Of a DNA stretch of 64,000 nt, positions 54,506 to 64,000 are shown one piece after another. The translations under genes and the position numbers were made by a program. The notes beneath the pieces were generated by a model that saw only the letters and a list, made by a program, of their open reading frames with translations, made no database searches and was not told the origin of the DNA. The DNA comes from Bacilli bacterium (GTDB taxonomy: Bacteria; Bacillota_I; Bacilli_A; ML615J-28; CAG-313). Location: NCBI GenBank assembly GCA_045119035.1, contig JBGVCU010000037.1, positions 3,301 through 67,300 of the forward strand. The letters are read 5' to 3'. How positions within the stretch are numbered: position 1 is the first letter of the stretch; the number at the start of each line of letters is the position of its first letter.

Positions 54506-57484
54506 TTGAAATATATAAATCTATATTTACAAAGTGAATATTCTTTTTTACAAAGCACTATAAAAATAAAGAATCTTATTAAATTCGGTAAAGAAAATAA
54601 TGTTAAGGCACTTGCAATTACTGATGATAATATGTATGGTGTTTGTAAATTTTACAGTGAATGTATTAAAAATGATATAAAGCCTATTATTGGTTTAAAG
54701 ATCAAATGTCATTATCAAAATACATATTTTGATGTTTTAGTTTACGCTAAAAATAACTATGGGTACAATGAGTTATTAGTACTTTCATCAACTTTAAAAA
54801 TAAAAAACTTTATAACACTTGATGTTTTAAAAAAATATTCAACTAACTTAATAATTGTATTACCAATAAATGATTACAATAATTTATACTTATATAATCA
54901 AGTGTCTTTTAATAATGATACATATATTGGTTTACTTAAACAAAATTTTTTAAATAATGAAGAATACCTAAAAACTATTAATTATATAAATCAAAATAAT
55001 TTAAAAGCTTTACCACTTAGTAAAGTAAATTGTATTATTAGTAGTGAAACAAAAGCAATTAATTTTTTAAATAAGTTAAATAAAAGTGAATTAACAAACA
55101 TTCCAAACCCTTTATTTAAAGATGAAGACTTTGTTAATTTATTTAAAGATTATCCAAATCTTTTACTTAATAATGAAAAAATAATAAATGATTGTAATGT
55201 TACATTATCATTTGATAAATATTATTTCCCTAAGTATAAAACAATTGATGACTCTTTTGTAGATTCTTTAGAATATTTAAGATCTCTTAGTTTAAAAGGA
55301 TTACAAAAAAGATTATTAAATACTAATAAAAATGCTCATGCTTATCTTGATAGATTAAATTATGAACTTGATGTTATTAATAAAATGGGATTTAATGATT
55401 ATTTTTTAATCATTTGGGATTTAATTAAATTTGCGAAAAAAGAAAAAATAATGGTAGGACCAGGACGTGGTAGTGCTGTAGCTAGTTTAGTTTCTTATTC
55501 ACTTGGAATTACAGATATTGACCCACTAGAATATGGTTTAATTTTTGAAAGATTTTTGAACTTAGAAAGGGTTTCAATGCCTGATATAGATATTGATTTT
55601 CAAGATGATAGAAGAGAAGAAGTAATTAAATATTGTCAATCTCGTTATAAAGATGATCATGTTGCGCAAATTATTACCTTTTCTTCATATGGAGCAAAAC
55701 AAGCGCTAAATGATGTTTCAAATGCTTTACAATTATCAGAGGTTAGAGCAAATCAAATTAATAAATATTTATTACCACTTATTGAAAATGATTATTCAAT
55801 AAAAGAAGCAATTGATTCTTCAAATGAATTAAAAGCCTTAATGAATTATCAAGATATTAAAGATGTATTAGAAATTTCATCAGTTATTGAAGGCCTTCCA
55901 AAAAATAAATCAACACATGCCTCAGGTGTTGTTGTTGCCCCAGATAAGCTTGTTAAATATGTTCCAGTTGAAAAAGGATTACAAGATTTATTACAAACAC
56001 AATATAGTGGAACAGATTTAGAAAAATTAGGATTATTAAAAATAGATTTTTTAGGTCTACATAATTTAAGTGTCTTATCTAAATGTATTAATTTAATTAA
56101 AGAAAATAATCCTGATTTTGCCTTACCAAAAGAATTTAATGATAAAGCTACATATGAACTATTATCAAATGGATTAACTCAAGGTATCTTTCAACTTGAA
56201 AAAACAAGTATGAAAAATACTCTTAAGAAAATTTCAATTAATTCTTTTAACGATCTAATTCAAGCTCTTGCTTTAAATAGACCAGGAACAATGGATTTAA
56301 TACCGTTATATGCAGATAGAAAATTTGGAAAAGAAAAGATTACATATCTAAATAAAGATTTAGAACCAATTTTAAAAGAAACATTAGGTATTATTTTATA
56401 TCAAGAACAAATATTACAAATTGCTGTAAAATTTGCTGGTTTTAGTTATGGTAGAGCTGATATTTTAAGACGCGCTGTATCTAAAAAGAATAAAGAATTA
56501 ATGGAATCAATGAAAGAAGAATTTATTAATGGTTCTATTAAAAATGGCTATTTAGAAACAGAAGCTACTAAAATATTTAATTATATTGAAGAATTTGCAA
56601 ATTATGGATTTAATAAATGTCACTCTGTTGCTTATTCTTATGTTGCATATATTCAAGCATTTCTAAAAACTAATTATCCTGCTGAGTTTTATGCTACAAT
56701 GTTTGATGATGCAACTGGTGATGATGAAAAAATAAGTTTCTTTTATAAAGAGGCATTAAGTAGAAATATAATTATTCATATGCCTCATTTAAAATATTCA
56801 AAAGATATTTGTCGTGTTAAAAACGGTCAAATTTTATTAGGTTTAAATTTTATTAAAGGAATTAATTCTAATATTATTAAATCATTATTAAATCTAACTG
56901 ATGTTAATAGTTATTCTGATTTTGTTATTAAAACAAAAGATTTTATTACATTAAAAGAAATCGAAAAACTAATCTATTCATCTTGTTTAGATTGCTTTGA
57001 TTTAACAAAAAAAGCAATGATTGAAAGTTATCAAGCTCTTTTATCAAGAGAAAAATACTTACATATCAAATCATTAAAACCACTTGAATATACTAATGAA
57101 GAATATAGTTATGATATATTACTTGAAAAAGAAAAGAGTGTGTTTGGATTTAATATTAAATATAACTTCTTTAATCAATATGCTTACTTATATCCAAAAT
57201 ATAATTTAAAGAAAATTAAAGATCTTACATTTATTCCAGGTAGAAATAATTTTGTATCTACAATGGGAATTATAGAACAAATAAGAGAAATAAAAACAAA
57301 GAAAGATGAAACTATGGCTTTTGGAACAATTAGTGATGATTTAAATGAAATGGAAATTGTTTTATTCCCAAGAGTATATGATTCATTAAATTTAGAAATT
57401 AATAAAATATATATATTAAATGGAGAAATCCAAAATCAAAATAACATTCTACAATTAGTTGTAAATAGAATAGAAAAAATCTAG
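54506..57484 (+). CDS. dnaE: DNA polymerase III alpha subunit (DnaE-type)
   Basis: 992 aa; PHP domain N-terminus INLYLQSEYSFL, polymerase core GFNKCHSVAYS; TTG start after RBS GGTGA. Confidence 0.9.
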   Translation: MKYINLYLQSEYSFLQSTIKIKNLIKFGKENNVKALAITDDNMYGVCKFYSECIKNDIKPIIGLKIKCHYQNTYFDVLVYAKNNYGYNELLVLSSTLKIKNFITLDVLKKYSTNLIIVLPINDYNNLYLYNQVSFNNDTYIGLLKQNFLNNEEYLKTINYINQNNLKALPLSKVNCIISSETKAINFLNKLNKSELTNIPNPLFKDEDFVNLFKDYPNLLLNNEKIINDCNVTLSFDKYYFPKYKTIDDSFVDSLEYLRSLSLKGLQKRLLNTNKNAHAYLDRLNYELDVINKMGFNDYFLIIWDLIKFAKKEKIMVGPGRGSAVASLVSYSLGITDIDPLEYGLIFERFLNLERVSMPDIDIDFQDDRREEVIKYCQSRYKDDHVAQIITFSSYGAKQALNDVSNALQLSEVRANQINKYLLPLIENDYSIKEAIDSSNELKALMNYQDIKDVLEISSVIEGLPKNKSTHASGVVVAPDKLVKYVPVEKGLQDLLQTQYSGTDLEKLGLLKIDFLGLHNLSVLSKCINLIKENNPDFALPKEFNDKATYELLSNGLTQGIFQLEKTSMKNTLKKISINSFNDLIQALALNRPGTMDLIPLYADRKFGKEKITYLNKDLEPILKETLGIILYQEQILQIAVKFAGFSYGRADILRRAVSKKNKELMESMKEEFINGSIKNGYLETEATKIFNYIEEFANYGFNKCHSVAYSYVAYIQAFLKTNYPAEFYATMFDDATGDDEKISFFYKEALSRNIIIHMPHLKYSKDICRVKNGQILLGLNFIKGINSNIIKSLLNLTDVNSYSDFVIKTKDFITLKEIEKLIYSSCLDCFDLTKKAMIESYQALLSREKYLHIKSLKPLEYTNEEYSYDILLEKEKSVFGFNIKYNFFNQYAYLYPKYNLKKIKDLTFIPGRNNFVSTMGIIEQIREIKTKKDETMAFGTISDDLNEMEIVLFPRVYDSLNLEINKIYILNGEIQNQNNILQLVVNRIEKI

Positions 57485-57493
57485 GAGGAAGTT

Positions 57494-58357
57494 ATGCCAA
57501 TTTTATGTTTTGATATCGGTGGAACTGATATTAAGTACGGAATAGTAGAAAATGAAGTAATTTTAGAAAAAGGATCAATGCCAACAAATCCTTATCTAGG
57601 ACAAGAAAATGTTTCTAATAGATTATTAGAAGTTACAAAAGAATTTCAAAAGAAATATGAAATTGAAGGTGTTGGAATTAGTGTTGCTGGATGCGTAGAC
57701 TTTAATTATGCAAAAGTTATTGCAGGACCTGAAAGTATTCCTGAATTTAATAACTGGGATTTTAGAGAAGTTTTTGGAAAGCTTGGATTAAAAGCAGTTG
57801 CTGATAATGATGTTAACTGTTTTGGTGTTGCAGAAGGTAAAAGTGGTGCTGCAGTTAAATTTAATAATTTCTTAACAATGACAGTTGGTACTGGTATTGG
57901 TGGTGCAATTGTTTTAAATGGTGAAATGTGGCGAGGATTAAATTTCCAAGCTGCAGAATTTGGGCGTATGTTAATTGAAGGTGGAAAATATGAAGCACAA
58001 GCTGCTACAAGTGCCTTAGTAAGAAGTGCTCGTATTGCAGGTCTTACTGCTGGTAACGGTCTTGATGTATTTGCTTTATATGATGAAAAAAATCCAATTG
58101 CTGTTAAAGTTGTTACAGAATTTTATCATAAACTTGCTCTAGGAATTGCTAATTTAGTATATATCTTTAATCCTGAGGCTATTATTATTGGTGGTGGAAT
58201 TTCTAATAGAAAAACATTCGCTACTGAACTTAAAAAGGAATTAAAGAAAATTATGGTTCCAGCTTTCTATGATACAGTTAAAATCTATAATGCTGCATAT
58301 AAAAATGATGGTGGTATTATGGGTGCATATTACAACTATTTAGATGTATATAAATAG
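57494..58357 (+). CDS. ROK-family sugar kinase (glucokinase-like)
   Basis: ILCFDIGGTDIKYGIV ATPase motif; ROK signature region; 287 aa. Confidence 0.6.
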   Translation: MPILCFDIGGTDIKYGIVENEVILEKGSMPTNPYLGQENVSNRLLEVTKEFQKKYEIEGVGISVAGCVDFNYAKVIAGPESIPEFNNWDFREVFGKLGLKAVADNDVNCFGVAEGKSGAAVKFNNFLTMTVGTGIGGAIVLNGEMWRGLNFQAAEFGRMLIEGGKYEAQAATSALVRSARIAGLTAGNGLDVFALYDEKNPIAVKVVTEFYHKLALGIANLVYIFNPEAIIIGGGISNRKTFATELKKELKKIMVPAFYDTVKIYNAAYKNDGGIMGAYYNYLDVYK

Positions 58358-58369
58358 AAGGATATATAT

Positions 58370-60079
58370 ATGAATCAAGAAATATTAACAAAAATAAATT
58401 TATGGAAAAATGAACCATCTTTAGATGATGAGCTAAGATGCGAACTTGATAGTTTAGATGATGCTTCTTTATATGATGCATTTTATAAAGATATTGAGTT
58501 TGGTACTGGTGGTCTTCGTGGTATTCTTGGAGTTGGTTCAAACAGAATGAATAAATATATTATTGCTAAAGCTACAAAAGGATTTGTTGATTACTTATTA
58601 TCAAGATATCCTAATTGCCAAAATCAAGGTGTTGTTATTTCTTATGATTGTCGTCATAAATCACAAGATTTTGCAAAAATGGCTTCAAGTATTATTGCTG
58701 CAACTGGTACAAAAGTATATATGTTTAGTGCCTTACGTCCTACTCCAGAGTTAAGTTTTGCTGTAAGACATTTAAATTGTTGTGGTGGTATTATGATTAC
58801 TGCAAGTCATAATCCTTCTGTATATAATGGTTACAAAGTGTATGATCACTTAGGATGTCAATTAATTCCTGAAGAAGCTGATAAAGTAATTAATTTAATC
58901 AATAATATTGAAGATATATTCTCAATTAAAGGAATTGATTTTGAAGAAGGAGTTAAAAAAGGTTTAATTAATGTAATTGATAATGAAGTAGATGAAGCTT
59001 TCCTAAATGCATGCAGAAAAGTACAAGTACAAAAATTATCAAATGAAGTAAAACAAGATTTAAAAATTGTATTAACTCCACTTCATGGAACTGCATCAGT
59101 TTCACTTCCTACTTTATTAAAAACTGAAGGATACAATATCGAAGTTGTTGAAGAACAAATGGTAGCTGATCCTAACTTCTCAACAGTACCTTCTCCAAAT
59201 CCGGAAAATAAATCAGCTTTTGAATATGCTGAAAAATTAGGTCATAAAGTAAATGCAGATTTATTAATTGCAACTGACCCAGATGCAGATAGAATGGGAA
59301 TAGCTGTCTTATTAAAAGATGGTACTTATAAATATTTAACTGGTAACCAAACAGGTGCTATTCTTATTGATTACTTAGCTAAATATCGTAATATTAATAA
59401 AAAAGGTGTTGTATTAAACACTATTGTTACATCAAATTCTGGTAAAGCTATTTGTGATTATCATAATTTAGAATTAGTTCAAACTTTAACTGGTTTTAAA
59501 TTTATTGGTGAGCAAATGAGTTATTTAGAAAATAGTGATGAAAAAGAATTTTTCTTTGGTTATGAAGAAAGTTATGGATATGTTGCTATTGATACTGTAA
59601 GAGATAAAGATTCACTTCAATCAACATTGCTTCTTTCTGAAGTTGCAGCATATTATAAGAGTGTTGGAAAAACACTTGTAGATGTATTAAACGATATCTA
59701 TTCAGAAATCGGATATTATGAAGAAGATTTAATGAACATTTATATGGAAGGTGAATCAGGTTCTAAAAAAATTGAACAAATTGTTAGATACTTCCAAAAG
59801 AATCATTTAGAAGAGATTGCGAATAAAAAAGTTTCTATTATTGAAGACTATGATTTAAGTTTAAGATATACTTCTAGTAAAAAAGAAGCTATTTCTTTAC
59901 CTAAATCATTAGTAATTAAATATATCTTTGATGATGGTGGATGGTTTGTATTTAGACCATCAGGAACTGAACCTAAATTAAAAATATATATTTCACTAAA
60001 AGGAAATACTAAAGAGGATGCAAGAAACGCTGTACAAGAATTAAAAGCAGCATTAAACAAAATTATTGAAATTATTTAG
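58370..60079 (+). CDS. phosphoglucomutase/phosphomannomutase (alpha-D-phosphohexomutase)
   Basis: Active-site TASHNP; metal-binding DPDADR; 569 aa, PgcA-like. Confidence 0.8.
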   Translation: MNQEILTKINLWKNEPSLDDELRCELDSLDDASLYDAFYKDIEFGTGGLRGILGVGSNRMNKYIIAKATKGFVDYLLSRYPNCQNQGVVISYDCRHKSQDFAKMASSIIAATGTKVYMFSALRPTPELSFAVRHLNCCGGIMITASHNPSVYNGYKVYDHLGCQLIPEEADKVINLINNIEDIFSIKGIDFEEGVKKGLINVIDNEVDEAFLNACRKVQVQKLSNEVKQDLKIVLTPLHGTASVSLPTLLKTEGYNIEVVEEQMVADPNFSTVPSPNPENKSAFEYAEKLGHKVNADLLIATDPDADRMGIAVLLKDGTYKYLTGNQTGAILIDYLAKYRNINKKGVVLNTIVTSNSGKAICDYHNLELVQTLTGFKFIGEQMSYLENSDEKEFFFGYEESYGYVAIDTVRDKDSLQSTLLLSEVAAYYKSVGKTLVDVLNDIYSEIGYYEEDLMNIYMEGESGSKKIEQIVRYFQKNHLEEIANKKVSIIEDYDLSLRYTSSKKEAISLPKSLVIKYIFDDGGWFVFRPSGTEPKLKIYISLKGNTKEDARNAVQELKAALNKIIEII

Positions 60080-60087
60080 AGGTCAAC

Positions 60088-62561
<2,474 letters not shown>

Positions 62562-62571
62562 AATAAAAGTT

Positions 62572-62596
62572 AAAGACTGCAATTGCAGTCTTTTTA
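62572..62596 (+). terminator. terminator after tgt
   Basis: AAGACTGC-aatt-GCAGTCTT + TTTT. Confidence 0.85.
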
Positions 62597-62643
62597 TTAT
62601 GTATTTTATAAAATAAATTTCATATAATTATTTAGGTGAATAT

Positions 62644-63732
62644 ATGACTAGAACAACGAAGGTGTTAATAACTACTCTAATAACTCTTTTATTATTTGGT
62701 TTATTAATGATTTATTCAGCAAGTAATGTTGTTGCAAAATTTACATTTAATAATGAATATTATTATGTGTATAAACAAGTCGTATATATATTAATTAGCA
62801 TTTTTGTAGGTTATTTTATTTATAATATAGATTTAATTTATTTTAAAAAATACGCAAATATAATTTTTATTTCATGTACCATTTTACTAGTTATTGTTTT
62901 AATACCTGGTATTGGGATTGTTAGAGGTGGAGCAAGAAGTTGGATTGGATTTGGTAATTTTACTATTCAACCATCAGAAATAATGAAACTAGGTATGATT
63001 ATTTTTTTATCAAAAGTATTTACAAATATTGATAATGAATTGTTAAAATTTAAAAATCTATTAATATTATTATTATTTATATTATCTATTTTTGTATTGA
63101 TTATGTTTCAGCCTGATTTTGGTACAGGAATAGTTATTGTAATGTCAAGTATATTTTTATTATTTACAATAAATACAAAGATAAAACATTTTATATATAT
63201 AGGTGTTGTTGGAATCATAGGTATTGTAATATTAATTATTATAGCACCTTACAGAATGGAAAGAATAACAGCTTTTTTAGATCCTTGGAATGATCCATTA
63301 GGAAGTGGATTTCAAAGTATTCAAAGTTTATATGCAATAGCTCCAAGTGGAATTTTTGGACTTGGTTTTAATAAATCAATTCAAAAACATTTCTTTTTAC
63401 CCGAACCTCAAAATGATTTTATATTCGCAATTATATGTGAAGAATTAGGATTAATTGGTGGTCTATTTACAATTGGTCTATTTTTAATTATTTTAATTTA
63501 TGGTGTAAGGGTAAGTTTATATCAAAAAGATTTATTTAAAAAGTATCTTTGTTTAGGCATGGTTTATACTTTATTTACTCAAGTATTTATTAATATTGGT
63601 GTAGTAATTGGATTACTTCCTGTTACCGGAATTACATTACCTTTTATTAGTGTTGGAGGTACTAGTTTAATTATTTCTGTTATTCAAGTTGCAATTATTA
63701 TTAATTTAAGTAAAAAGGAGAATATATCATGA
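62644..63732 (+). CDS. ftsW: SEDS-family peptidoglycan glycosyltransferase FtsW/RodA/SpoVE
   Basis: 362 aa; 10-TM SEDS layout; GFQSIQSLYAI motif; followed by murG. Confidence 0.75.
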   Translation: MTRTTKVLITTLITLLLFGLLMIYSASNVVAKFTFNNEYYYVYKQVVYILISIFVGYFIYNIDLIYFKKYANIIFISCTILLVIVLIPGIGIVRGGARSWIGFGNFTIQPSEIMKLGMIIFLSKVFTNIDNELLKFKNLLILLLFILSIFVLIMFQPDFGTGIVIVMSSIFLLFTINTKIKHFIYIGVVGIIGIVILIIIAPYRMERITAFLDPWNDPLGSGFQSIQSLYAIAPSGIFGLGFNKSIQKHFFLPEPQNDFIFAIICEELGLIGGLFTIGLFLIILIYGVRVSLYQKDLFKKYLCLGMVYTLFTQVFINIGVVIGLLPVTGITLPFISVGGTSLIISVIQVAIIINLSKKENIS

Positions 63733-64000
63733 ATATTATTGTAGCAAGTGGCGGAACCTTAGGACATTTGACACCAATACTTCCTGTTGTTAATAAATTA
63801 TCTAACATTCATAATATATATTTATTAACATCCAAAGATTTAGAATTTGATCATTCTTTTAAAAAAATATATAAAATAAACGCGATTGGAAGAACGAAGA
63901 ATATTGTTAAATTTGTTTCTGTAAATATAAAAGCAAGTAAGTTTATAAAACAAATAATAAATAATATTAAACCAGATTTAGTTATTGGAATGGGTGGCTA
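63730..64000 (+). CDS. murG: UDP-GlcNAc:lipid I N-acetylglucosaminyltransferase MurG (3'-partial, runs off the window)
   Basis: N-terminus MNIIVASGGTLGHLTPILPVV (MurG G-loop); start overlaps the ftsW stop. Confidence 0.7.

Noticed and set aside
1538-60060. Antisense or embedded ORFs in the supplied track (e.g. 1538-1801, 2590-2865, 3584-3816, 7983-8285, 9003-9326, 9412-9597, 10460-10830, 11469-11660, 16242-16451, 23957-24172, 25642-25854, 26428-26631, 30474-30773, 35783-36019, 42007-42306, 44908-45105, 47176-47367, 47552-47917, 49350-49601, 58317-58754, 59848-60060)
   Set aside because: All lie inside and opposite to, or out of frame with, strongly supported conserved genes. Their products are low-complexity (F/L/S/I-rich), as expected for chance ORFs in ~28% GC DNA, and none has an RBS or a recognisable family.

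Overview
This is a very AT-rich window (roughly 27-30% GC by eye), densely coding, from the chromosome of a spore-forming low-GC Bacillota. Sporulation genes are present: alpha/beta-type SASP, a GerE orthologue, a YjcZ-family mini-protein, YlbD/YlbE-like proteins and YtfI/YtfJ. Gene order echoes Bacillus subtilis (thiI-sspA; rimP-nusA-ylxR-ylxQ-infB-rbfA; rpsP-KH-rimM-trmD...rplS; ytfI-ytfJ...ytfP-like...ytxK-like-ackA; pgm-pgi; ftsW-murG).

I call about 62 CDS, almost all housekeeping: translation, RNA processing, central metabolism and cell envelope. Standard genetic code; near-exclusive TAA stops; many tight or overlapping gene junctions; many clean rho-independent terminators, often bidirectional hairpins between convergent genes. 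I saw no rRNA, tRNA, CRISPR array, integrase, transposase or phage genes.

The non-core content is a handful of loci:
- an AAA+ ATPase fused to a PD-(D/E)xK nuclease-like domain (DUF4143), whose promoter is wrapped by four 33-bp-phased direct repeats;
- a GerE-exonuclease bicistron;
- a four-gene operon pairing an RNA 2'-O-methyltransferase with an HxxxD acyltransferase-like protein and two membrane proteins;
- two insertions that break up the ancestral rpsP...rplS ribosomal operon: a heavy-metal P1B-ATPase, and an internally repetitive surface protein together with cvfB;
- a large pectate-lyase lipoprotein;
- a tandem pair of paralogous type-I membrane proteins upstream of dnaE.

I cannot show from sequence alone that any of these is a new 'system'. 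The best candidates for a second look are the repeat-flanked ATPase-nuclease (14.7-16.2 kb), the 1.5-4.8 kb operon, the repeat-protein locus (25.5-27.4 kb) and the paralogous surface-protein pair (50.3-54.4 kb).
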